Notes: generated by a model from the letters alone, not told the origin. Counted from the whole stretch's first letter, positions 10,279 through 20,422 are shown. The stretch is 62,577 nucleotides of DNA, filler included, from a bacterium (GCA_026985515.1; 7 parts of 7 records of this genome joined end to end with filler, not necessarily neighbours in it); one strand, 5' to 3'. Translations and numbers: made by a program.

Positions 10279-12592
10279 ATGAAGCTTAACCAACCAACCA
10301 ACCTACCTACCTACTTACCTGAAACACATCTTTGGATACTTTTTCCTGATTATTTCTTTTCTTTTACTCAGTGATTTACCTCTTGAAGCACATCCTTCTC
10401 ATGGAAATCATAATGGAAATCACCATGGAGGATATGGATATTGTGGTACTCAGGTAACACTTAATGTTCCTTCATCCATCTGGGTTGGTAATATGCTGCA
10501 AAACAGGGGTCAGATTACCCTTGATGGTGAAGGAAGCAATATAGTCATCGGAAAGGATCTGCATAATTGCGGTGTTATCAGAAGTAATGCAGAACTGTTC
10601 TGTCGGAGAATTCACAGGGAAGGGGAGCTGGATGTTGAGGATGTGATTGAGAAGCATAAATGTATCAAAGGTCCCGATAATCTTTTTGAGAGGAATTATG
10701 GCAGAAGGATTTCTGATGCGACATATATATTTTCTGATTCGGGAGAGGTGACTCAGGATGGAGAGATTGTTGGTTATGGTGAATTCACTACTGGAGGGGT
10801 AACATTCAGATGGGATGGAGATGAGTGGATTATAGAGGGACAGGGTTATATAAGGGGAAGTGCCGTTTTTGAAAGTGGGGTAAAGATGAATGGTGCATGG
10901 GTGGATTTACTTGGGGATCTGAGTGTGAATGGAGCGTTAATTATTGATAGCGAGAGCACTCTTATTCTTCAAAGTATTGAGTGGCCAGGGTTGCTTGTCA
11001 GGGGTATGTTGAGAGTTGATGGATATGGGAGATTTAATACCGGTATTTACACAGGTCAGATGATGACAGGTTTCAATGCAGAGGTTGAGATATACGGAGG
11101 GCTTTTCGTGGCACACAACTTGCATAATAAAGGTAAGATGAAGGTTAAGTTCAGTCAGATGGTGATGAGAAGAATAGCAGAGAGGATCAAGCAACTTGAA
11201 GATGAAGAAGATAAGCAACTGCTGAGTGTGCAATATGCTGATGGAATTACGATGTTTGCTGGAGCGGGAATAGCTATTTTTGCATCCAGAAGAGGTAGCC
11301 TGGATGAAATTATGGCAGGTGAAATAACGGATGTTTCATACAGGATACTGGGTACTACAAGAAAACTTGGAGTTGATCTTGGAGGAGGCCTGGTACCTCC
11401 ACAGGTAATAGCATATGGTTTTATTGAGAATCTGAAACAGTCGGGTTATAAGCAACCGGTTTTACTAAAACTTTATTATTTGCCTCCTGACTTCTTTTAT
11501 GGAGAGTTTATGGATGCTTCAGATGGGGAATATATTGGAATATATCAGCTTGGAGATGGTTACAGGAAGGTTGATAAGGCTTTTTTTGAAGAAGTTGAAA
11601 TGGACCTGGAAAAGTGGTATGCCAGTTTACCAGTAACTATTTCAGAGGAATGGCAGCATCAAAGGGATCTGGAGTGGGAGGAGTTTTTGAGACCGGTGAG
11701 TGGAACAGCGAGTTTCGGTACAGAAAGTAGATTATTAAATTCAAAATTTGGAACGATGTCGTTCTTGGGTGGGTGTTATATAAAATATGACCATAGATAT
11801 ACTGTAACAGGTTTCAAAAAATGGAAGGTACTTGATGAAAACCTTTGGGATTCTTTATACCAGGTTATATTTGATGCTTCAAGTCTGAGTAAGGGAGATT
11901 ATAAGATTGGTTGTTCACCTGTATCGGCAGCTCTAATTTTTAGATATTGGGGTTGGAGAAATAGTAATTATAATTCCTGTCTCCCTGACAATAGGAATCT
12001 TTTAATTGATCTTCATAAAGCAATGAAGACAACGGATGATGGAGGAACAGAAAATGAAAATATAGCACCTGGTATAAAAAGTGTTGCGCAAAAGTATGGT
12101 ATGGAATTTAGAACAGGAGGGAAAGAGTTTTGGTGGAAGTCTCCATACAATTTTATTAGGGACGAAATACTGAGAGACAGACCTGTACACCATTCTTATT
12201 ATACTGCAAAGATGCTAAAGAAAGGAATGGGTCATTCAGCGGTGGCGTATGGTGTCAGGCATGTGAAAAGAGTTTATAAAACCTCTATCGGTACCAATGA
12301 CAGTCTATGTGCAGATAGGCATTATGTAGAAATTATATATTCTGCCGAAGCGGATTATGAAGAAAATCCACTTGGTTTTGGTGAGCATAGATTGGATATA
12401 TGGGCTGCACCGCCAGGCTGGTATGATGTTGTAGTTATTCCTGTTCATGGATGTCCTTCCGGAGGAGGGGGTGGTGGAGGAGGTGGTGGATGTAGCGAAA
12501 CACCAGGTCAGGATGAAGTGACCATTTTCTTTGCTGTTTATATGTGGATATTTTTAGTTAAAAGAAGGACACTCAACAAAAAGCATAGATGA
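10279..12592 (+). CDS. Large exported protein with C-terminal papain-fold (C39/C10-like) cysteine peptidase domain and Gly/Cys-CTERM anchor; frameshifted at the 5' repeat tract
   Basis: IGCSPVSAALIFRYW (Cys) and GHSAVAYG (His); tail GGGGGGGGGGCS-TM-KRR; signal peptide LKHIFGYFFLIISFLLLSDLPLEA is in frame with ORF 10493 but ATG 10279 is not. Confidence 0.7.
10288..10319 (+). repeat. Tetranucleotide simple sequence repeat (AACC)4(TACC)2TACT TACC
   Basis: Read directly; begins 9 nt after ATG 10279, before the signal-peptide hydrophobic core. Confidence 0.9.
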
Positions 12593-12602
12593 GGGGATAA
12601 GA

Positions 12603-13157
12603 ATGAGAAAATTCAGAGTCTTACAAAAGTTGAGAGTTTTTTCATTTTTAATGATAGTTTTATCTCTAATTTTAGGAGAAGGTTGTAATCATGAACATTG
12701 CTGTATGTTACCTCATCCTGAAGCACTTGATAATGGATTTTTGCTGAGATTGAGTAACGGAAAAATTATTTTTATGGATCCAATAGGTATATATAAATAT
12801 GATGAAGATGGTAATGGCGTGGCCTATCAGAGAAAGCTGCTATTTGATCTCTCCGGAACAGAACCTGTGCTGTATAAGAAATTTGACTTTGTCGGGAAAT
12901 TTAATCTTTACGAACCACTTTCTTCTTGGAAAAACTGGTATATTTTTTATAGATTAAAGCCTCAAAGTGACTGGATTGGAGTTAATGTAAGGGATACAAC
13001 AAGTTATCTTTTTAATGTTGCTACCTCAGCATCTATCAGAGTGACAGATGTCACATATTTCCCATGGGGAACATATAATGTTCCAGTTTCCTTTGCAGTG
13101 AATGGTCGGTATACAATATGGGAATTTCATTTTAGTGAATTATGTGAAAAAATTGAA
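12603..13157 (+). CDS. Hypothetical lipoprotein, 3' truncated by contig end
   Basis: RBS GAGGGG, basic N-terminus, hydrophobic core, lipobox-like GEGC. Confidence 0.6.
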
Positions 13158-13257
13158 NNNNNNNNNNNNNNNNNNNNNNNNNNNNNNNNNNNNNNNNNNN
13201 NTTAATTAATTAANNNNNNNNNNNNNNNNNNNNNNNNNNNNNNNNNNNNNNNNNNNN
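13158..13257. other. Artificial contig linker
   Basis: N44-TTAATTAATTAA-N44, stops in all frames. Confidence 0.99.
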
Positions 13258-13540
13258 GGATATGCTCAACAACATGGTCTGTCAAATCTTGATAAATGTC
13301 CTCAAAAAGAGTATCATAGATAGTGGTAAGATACTCAAATGCCTTGCCTAATGTCTCCTCTGTGAAGAGGGGACTTGTGGTGTTGGGGGCCGGAGTTACC
13401 TCTGGCCTCCAATTTTTATTAATTTGAGTCCCTCTGAGATTTAAAACTCCCTTCATCGTCCTACCAAGTTTTATTCATTAAAAAATCCTACCTCAACTTT
13501 TTTGCGAATAAAAGTTTACACTACCAGTCAAAGCGTCGGG

Positions 13541-13569
13541 TTGCTTTTTCTTTAGTCTGATGCTATAAT
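13541..13569 (+). promoter_or_regulatory. Sigma70-type promoter
   Basis: TTGCTT-17nt-TATAAT with extended TGn, upstream of GGAGG and GTG 13624. Confidence 0.5.
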
Positions 13570-13623
13570 GCAAGAAATAGCAAATTAGGGAAGTAAAAAG
13601 AAACCATTTCAGGGGAGGAGAAA

Positions 13624-16387
13624 GTGGGAAGGAAAAGCTTTGTTGTTTTTTCCTTTTTCTTTTCTTCGTCTTACCCTCCTGTTATAATAAATCTAATGAA
13701 CCTTCTCGTGCAGAATTGTTAAGTTACGCCCGTGAAATAACTTCTGAAAATCCCAGGGAGACACTTATTAATGCCATGGGGGAAAGTATTGTATCTTCAA
13801 CGATGGTTCTTTATAGGGGAGGAATGGCAGAATGGTATGTACCACAATATCGTTTTGTTACAATTGGAAAAGAAGAGGTAATAGGAAGTTATCTTTTGAT
13901 TGGAGAAGATAAAGATAATCTGACGAGAAAGATAAGTGGAATGATAGATACTGATAGTTCCACCATAGGAGTGCAGCATTACATTTCAACAGAAACAATT
14001 CCTTTTTCACATGGTTATTACAAGTTATGTTTTGTGCTTTCTTCAGGAAAAGAAGCTTGTGGCCTGGTTAAAGAATATCATATGCCTGAATTCTCTTTTG
14101 TTAAAGGACAGACTAAAGAGAGTGCTTTTACAGAAAGCTCTTTATATTTAAGTGGCTTAATTAAATTTATAGCCAATGGAAGCGATGAAAGTGTTATGGA
14201 AATCCCAGTCCAATTGGTAAAAGTTTTAAGAAAACATACAAAGAAAAGTCATTATAATTGGAATGGTTTTGGTGTTTGCAATTATTCTATTGGAACCATT
14301 AAATTTTTAAGATTATGGTGCCACGATTTTGATAATCCACTGTACAAAATTTCCTATAGGGGAAACGACCATTATTCATATACAAATACGTCAACCATTG
14401 ATATAAAAAAATATATTTAGAAAAATATAGCTTACTTGAAAAATATAATATGCATGACAAAGGATTTTCGACTGGATACAATCTTGAATTTTGCCACAGG
14501 TATAGTGGAGATTTGAATGAAAATAAGAGCATTGGATTCCCTTCTAATAAAATAATGATTCTTCCGCAAGAGAAGGTAATAAGGATCCAGATGTCAGGAA
14601 TAGAATGGTTTTATAATGAGTATAATTTACTAAAGAGTTATATTGGTGGTGGTATCTGTATAGGAAAAGACTCTCATGGTAATATATACGGTAAAAGTGA
14701 AGGTTCCTGGAGTCTCTCAGGTGAGTCCAGGGAAAATATAGTTGGTCTTGGTGGTATTGCGTTTGATAAAGATTTGGAGGTGGGTTGGGATAAAGTTAAT
14801 AGTGTCCATTTTGTTTTTGCTTATAGTGTATGGGCTCCTACGGGTGGTAATTTTGAGTTACAGCTTCTGGGGGATGATTTTGAATCTGTTTTTGCAAATT
14901 CTTCTGGAAGGATAATAAAGATAACAAGGAAAGAAAACAGAGGTCTTTATTCAGGCGCAGAGGAAGGAATAGTTGATTTTTCTTTTCCAGGGGGAATTAC
15001 GGAGACACTGTTCAGGAAAAGATATATTTCATTTCAGTTGAATAAAGAAGGCTTTAGCAATTGGGTATTAAGTGTATCAAATGAAAAGAAAGGGTGCTGG
15101 AATGTTGTTTATAGATTCAAGCAAGAATTAAAGGGATTGTATCTTCATCTAATTGGGGTATATCTTTTAAGCGATCCATATTTGGCCATCAAAACCACTG
15201 AATCTTCCCACATGCTTGGACCTGATATTACGGCTTTTCCCTACTGGTATAACAGAGGGCCAAGTTTTATGTACATGGATGTTAGTTGTGGTAATGTGGC
15301 AGAAAATATAACAATACCCCTTATTGTGAAGCTTTATTCCCGTGACTCTTCGGGTAGGACAATAGATATTGATTATTCTCTGTGCAGTGATACGGAGGAT
15401 AATGATCCCGGTGACCCCGATAAACAAATCTGTACCATGCCTGATGGAGGGAGTTGTAATTTTGGAACAAGTCCGGGAGGAATTTGCAATGGTTTTCATG
15501 CAGGAGGTGAGATCCAACATCCCCAATTTCCCTCCCTCAGAGAGGGATGGGGTGGCGGGATATATGATGGAAGCTGTGAGGAACTGAGAAGAGTAATTAG
15601 TCAGAAATGTAAAATAGCTTTTGAAGGTAATCAACATTTTGATAATCCTCTTAGATTTATCAAGAGATTTGCACCTTCTCTTCTTGATAAATTTCATACA
15701 GGTCATTTCAGGTGTAGGACGGATGGTAAAGGAGAATGTCACCTGTGCTATATTTCTGGTCCATTCTCAAGGATGTTTAAACTCATAGCTTCCACTGAGG
15801 TAACCACATCTTCGGGAGAAAAGAAGACCTTATATGCGAGGAAAAGAATAATTGTCAGATATCCCTATCTGGTGAAGTTAAGTAATAACTTACTTGGGAC
15901 AGATTTTATTGGTTTTTACTATCATATGGATAAAATGTTTCATGATGCAGAGTATGTTAAGTATGCGAACAGCAGGATAGTTGATAGAGTGGGGGAGTTT
16001 TTTGAAAAGCTTGAGAATATTAATTGGAACAAATTAGCCAGAGACGATTCTCTTAAAGGTATTCATCCCCGAATTATGCTTAACGATATATCGCTTCCTA
16101 TGGGAGGGATATTGAAGTTTGTAAGTGGCGGTGAGTCACCAACTATCACAAAATATCAGGGACATCTTTCCCACAGGAGAGGGACGGGCATAGATATTAA
16201 TCCATTTATATGTGTTAGTGGAAGCAGTTCCCACTATCATCAGGGCAGGTGCTCTCCTGGAGAATATGAAGTACCTATACCTGTGAGAAAATATAAAGAA
16301 GCAATAAAGAAGATTTGCAAGGGTGCTTTACATTGTAAATATGTTCCAGAAGGCTCAATTCATGTAGAATTTAACATGGAGGAGTAA
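13624..16387 (+). pseudogene. Large lipoprotein with C-terminal MepA/M15-like (LAS) endopeptidase motif, interrupted by two single-base frameshifts (ORFs 13716-14420 and 14450-16387 are its pieces)
   Basis: Adding one T to T6 (13646-13651) gives MGRKSFVVFFLFLFFVLPSC lipoprotein signal; adding one A to A7 (14405-14411) fuses the two ORFs; both pieces resemble ORF 26248-28714; LNDISLPMGG, HLSHRRGTGID, IHVE. Confidence 0.7.
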
Positions 16388-16390
16388 ATA

Positions 16391-17722
16391 ATGAAAAAGT
16401 TTTTGTATATGATTCTCATTTTTATTTTCCCTGCATTTCTGTCTGGTAAGGAGTATTTTTTTCAACTTGAGAATGTTGGAGTAAGGGCAAAAGTAACTTA
16501 TGAAGATGGGAAATATTATTACACCTACTTTGTGACAAATGAAAACACAGAGGTGGATAGAGGAATAGGAGTGGTAGAATCTTTGTGGCTTGATCTTACT
16601 CTCCCCTCTAATGCTTATCCACTTCCCTCTACAGGTCTTGACCATGGACCGTGGTGGAGGGGGGAAGAAGGGGGAGGAAAACCGAAGATTGTATTTGGAA
16701 AGATGAAGCTCCCCTTCAGTGTAACTTTTGAAACTGATGTGTGGCATGGAAAAAGATTATGCGATCCTATTAATCAAAGGTTAGGATATGAAAGATGGGC
16801 CTGTTGGAGGCCCGACTGGGATGTAGATTACAATGGTTATTTGACTATAAATGGGACCTACTGGGGTTACCCTCTTGGAGAGAGTTATACGAGTTCATAT
16901 TTTCGGGATGGCAATATAGAGCTAATGCCAGGTGATTATTTAGAGTTTACCGTAATAACTTATGGTATTCCAGCAGTAAGAATTATTAAATTTGATAGTG
17001 ATGTTTTCGTTGACGAACTTTTTGGAACGATTGAAGAAAGAGAAGAATTTTATCAGACAACAGGCCTGGATCCTTTTAAGGTAGATGATATAAAGGAATA
17101 TAAGACCTACACCATAGGACCCACCTCTCCCACGAGGGATTTTAGTTTTACGGGGTTTGTAGGGAAGATGGAGGAGAATTTCAGCAGGGCTCAGGAGTAT
17201 GGCTGGGTGAGGTGTAGCGGAGGTGGAGGGTATCACTCTCCTCCGGCAGGTGGAGTCAGACCTATGGGAATGGGAGGAGGTGGTGGGGGAGGAAGTGAAG
17301 ATTACTGTGGAGAATTTATCACCTATCTGGAAAACACAATTTCCCTTTATGAACAGGGAGATATAGAAGGTGCAAAGAATGAGATAATAAATGCCATGAA
17401 TTTTATTTCCAGCAATGGATGTGAGGATTATCATGAGGCATGTGATGAGGAAGGGGTATTCAGGAGTGAGGCGTATGGATTGTTTTACTATGATCTTGAT
17501 TTTTTGTTAAGGTATCTTGATAGTGGAGAGGATTTAGGAGATGTGTTTAGAGTGATGAGAGCAGGAGTGAGAAGGAAGGCTCATCAGAAGAAGGTTAAAA
17601 TGGGGATTCAACATAAAAGAAAGGTTTCTTCATCAGAGGAAGGCGGTGGTCATCAAGGTTTCTGGGATTGGTTGTTGGATTTGATAAAGGCAATACTGAG
17701 ATGGCTGGGGCTGGTGAGGTAA
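16391..17722 (+). CDS. Exported hypothetical protein, partner of the upstream lipoprotein
   Basis: RBS GGAGGAG within upstream gene end, 3 nt gap, signal peptide, Gly-rich insert, helical SEAYGLFYYDLDFLL module, amphipathic C-terminal helix. Confidence 0.75.
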   Translation: MKKFLYMILIFIFPAFLSGKEYFFQLENVGVRAKVTYEDGKYYYTYFVTNENTEVDRGIGVVESLWLDLTLPSNAYPLPSTGLDHGPWWRGEEGGGKPKIVFGKMKLPFSVTFETDVWHGKRLCDPINQRLGYERWACWRPDWDVDYNGYLTINGTYWGYPLGESYTSSYFRDGNIELMPGDYLEFTVITYGIPAVRIIKFDSDVFVDELFGTIEEREEFYQTTGLDPFKVDDIKEYKTYTIGPTSPTRDFSFTGFVGKMEENFSRAQEYGWVRCSGGGGYHSPPAGGVRPMGMGGGGGGGSEDYCGEFITYLENTISLYEQGDIEGAKNEIINAMNFISSNGCEDYHEACDEEGVFRSEAYGLFYYDLDFLLRYLDSGEDLGDVFRVMRAGVRRKAHQKKVKMGIQHKRKVSSSEEGGGHQGFWDWLLDLIKAILRWLGLVR

Positions 17723-17933
17723 GCTGCGGGTGGAAAGCAATGTATCGTATTCTAGGTAAGAAGGATAATGTCCTTCTGAAAAAGAAGAATAAACTAACTG
17801 GCCGGCGGATAAGAATCAATTTATGTGAACTTCTTATACACTTTTAGCTCATTTTGGATTTTTTCCGGTTAAGTCTTGAGGAAATGGTGAATTCCTCGTT
17901 GCAATTTTTTGAGGTAAGTTGACCTTGTCCCCC

Positions 17934-19661
17934 TTACAGAAAACCAGTCAATCTTTCTGCAATTGTCTCCCAACCAAGGGGTTCTACCTGTTCCAGTGAA
18001 GGGATGGGCTCTCTCTCTGCTCTTTCAAGGATCAGGGAAAAGAGGATGTGTATGTTTCTCCTCACTATGTTGTCCTCTATTAGATCCCTTTCATGAATGC
18101 TCATTCTTAGCAGATCCTCAGGGGTTCTGAACCTCTCTTTTGCCTCTGGTGGAAGAGCGAGGTAGTCAAAGGCGAAAAAGCAATTCCCTGTGCATCTCTC
18201 TCTGAGAAAGTGGAAGGCTCCAGAAGATGTACTGATGACTGGCAACCCTCCCGCAGTGACAACCTCCAGTGGAGCTATTCCAAAGGGTTCATATATGGAT
18301 TGACCAAACTCAACATCACTTCCAAGACGAATATCGGTGAATTCTGTATCCTCATCAAGAAGAGGCCCAATGCTCTCTCTGGAAAATCCATACTGATTGA
18401 TAAATATTCCTTTTATCGCAAGAGAGTTGAGGTTAAAGTTGTGGATAGAGTCAAAGGTTATCTCCTCAAGATCCACAAGATCAGGCCATCCCTTCCTGTG
18501 AACCACGGGCCAGCCATATCTGTTCATCTCCTTCACAGCATCCGGGGGTCTTCCCGTAACAATAAGACTTGAAAGAAGAATGTAGCATCCCTTGAGTCCT
18601 CTCTGGTAGAGGAGATCATCAAGATGGTAGAGTACCCTGAGATCCCTCCATATTCCTTTGCTCACTATCAATCTTGCCACATGGGTAAAAATGATATCCG
18701 GCTCAAAGTTAAGGGCTTTTTTACAGAAGTTTTTCAGCCTCCTCTTACTCTCCCTCTTTCCCTCTACCGTGACCTTCTTTAAAGGCGTACCATTGTACAC
18801 AATGAAAATCTTCTCCTGTTTAACCTCAGGTGCCAGATATCTGTACTCCTCCACCACATAATCTCCAACTGCAAATATCCTGTCAAAAGCCTCATGTTTT
18901 CTTATCAGTTCCGCTCGATAGTTCTCTGTGTATGAGGGGAATCTTTCAGCCATTTTCTTACTGGAATTAAGGTCAAAACGGAGGATGTTATAGAAGGAGA
19001 TGTCATGCCCCGAAATAGTTTCCACAATGTTTCTTGCAGGGGCAACCTCGTGTGCATAAAAGATTGTTATGTCTCTCTTTCTCCTTCCTTCCCTCCTCTC
19101 AATTTCAATCTTGAGAAGAGAGGGGACCCCCATATATTCATGTCCGAAATGGTATGCATCTTCATTCTCTGCAAGGATCTCAACAATTTCCCCATATACT
19201 GTACCAAGCCTGATGTACTGTTCATAGTCATGTATCTGTTCAAATTTCATGGAATCTATTGCAAAGTGTCTCCAGAGTAGATACTTAAAGAAATCAATCT
19301 TTTCCCTTTTCATCTCCCATACCCATACAGCAACAATCTCCACCTCGGTGGAATTTGCAGGATTGAACTCATCAGTTATCTTCTTCCTTCCATAAATGAT
19401 TCTGCAGTTGTACTCCCTTTCCATTCTCCCAAATTCATCTGCATACCTTTCCCGCATATTATGGAGGGAAGAATAGAGGATTTTTGCTTCCTTTCCTATT
19501 ATTTCTTCTTTTTCTCCAGAAAATTCAAAAAGGGGACCCACAAGTATAGTCCTTGAGAATCTGTTCCTGTAGGCATCTGTGGTTATCAGGCCATGAAGAA
19601 CTGCACCTATTCCCCCAACTTTTCTTATTGCTTCATGGGTGATATGGAAGGCGATACTCAT
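17934..19661 (-). CDS. GT3-like glycogen synthase / glycosyltransferase
   Basis: HEAIRKVGGIGAVL and SIYEPFGIAPLE correspond to EVxNKVGGI and YEPWGYTPxE of GT3 glycogen synthases. Confidence 0.75.
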   Translation of the reverse strand: MSIAFHITHEAIRKVGGIGAVLHGLITTDAYRNRFSRTILVGPLFEFSGEKEEIIGKEAKILYSSLHNMRERYADEFGRMEREYNCRIIYGRKKITDEFNPANSTEVEIVAVWVWEMKREKIDFFKYLLWRHFAIDSMKFEQIHDYEQYIRLGTVYGEIVEILAENEDAYHFGHEYMGVPSLLKIEIERREGRRKRDITIFYAHEVAPARNIVETISGHDISFYNILRFDLNSSKKMAERFPSYTENYRAELIRKHEAFDRIFAVGDYVVEEYRYLAPEVKQEKIFIVYNGTPLKKVTVEGKRESKRRLKNFCKKALNFEPDIIFTHVARLIVSKGIWRDLRVLYHLDDLLYQRGLKGCYILLSSLIVTGRPPDAVKEMNRYGWPVVHRKGWPDLVDLEEITFDSIHNFNLNSLAIKGIFINQYGFSRESIGPLLDEDTEFTDIRLGSDVEFGQSIYEPFGIAPLEVVTAGGLPVISTSSGAFHFLRERCTGNCFFAFDYLALPPEAKERFRTPEDLLRMSIHERDLIEDNIVRRNIHILFSLILERAEREPIPSLEQVEPLGWETIAERLTGFL

Positions 19662-20422
19662 AATACTTTTATCCCCAGTATTGTTATGTTGTCCTTACCC
19701 CCCGATTCAAGGGATAGATTTAAAAGGGTTTCAACATACTCCCTCACCTTTCTTCTTGTAAGGAAATTAACAGGAAGATACTGCCATTTTTCCTCTTCCA
19801 CAAATCCATGAAAACCATCTGAACTGAGGAGCAGAAAATCTCCCTTCTTGAGGTTCAGCATATATATGTGAGGTTCGAGATCCTCCGTCAATCCAAGTGC
19901 CTGGGTGATGACATTTCTGTAAATGAATCTTCTCTTCTCCTCACCAGAGAGAATTCCGGACTCGATGAGGGATTGAACAAGAGAATCATCGTGGGTGATC
20001 TGTCTCCACCCCATTCTATTTCTGTGGATGTAACATCTTGAATCTCCGATGTGCATTACCCACCCGGTATTTCCATAGACCAGAAGGGCAGTGAGGGTGG
20101 TGCCTATCCCTCCCTGTGATTCAAGTTCTCCCACATCCCTGACATAATCTGAAGTCTCCTGAAGAAGGTCAGATAACTTTTTCTCAACCTTTCTCCCTCT
20201 TATGTTTCTGTTTCTTATCGCATTCCAGAGAACGGGGAGATGCATGGAGAGAAATCTGCATGCTGATCTACTTGCAATTTCTCCCCCCTTTCTTCCACCC
20301 ACACCATCAGCGACGATAAAAAATCTGTGGAGAGGATCTATGTGGAGACAATCCTCATTTTTCCTTCTTACCAGTCCCGTATGGGTTGTACCAGAACATA
20401 TGAGTCTCAATCTACTTACCAC
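19658..20422 (-). CDS. PP2C-family Ser/Thr protein phosphatase
   Basis: GLVRRKNED, VADGVGG, GTTL, HIGDSRCY, QITHDDS, RNVITQALG, LSSDG, GGKDNIT. Confidence 0.93.
   Translation of the reverse strand: MVSRLRLICSGTTHTGLVRRKNEDCLHIDPLHRFFIVADGVGGRKGGEIASRSACRFLSMHLPVLWNAIRNRNIRGRKVEKKLSDLLQETSDYVRDVGELESQGGIGTTLTALLVYGNTGWVMHIGDSRCYIHRNRMGWRQITHDDSLVQSLIESGILSGEEKRRFIYRNVITQALGLTEDLEPHIYMLNLKKGDFLLLSSDGFHGFVEEEKWQYLPVNFLTRRKVREYVETLLNLSLESGGKDNITILGIKVL

Noticed and set aside
12461-12490. GGA/GGT-rich runs here and at 17270-17292 as DNA-level repeats
   Set aside because: In-frame poly-Gly linkers with mixed codons; explained by protein sequence
12603-17722. Apparent single island joining the peptidase locus and the MepA-like locus
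   Set aside because: A linker at 13158-13257 separates them; they are different contigs
17723-17933. Short hairpins (GAAGGA-taatg-TCCTTC; GAGGAA-atggtgaa-TTCCTC) between convergent genes
   Set aside because: Stems of 6 bp without clear U-tracts; cannot support a terminator or ncRNA call
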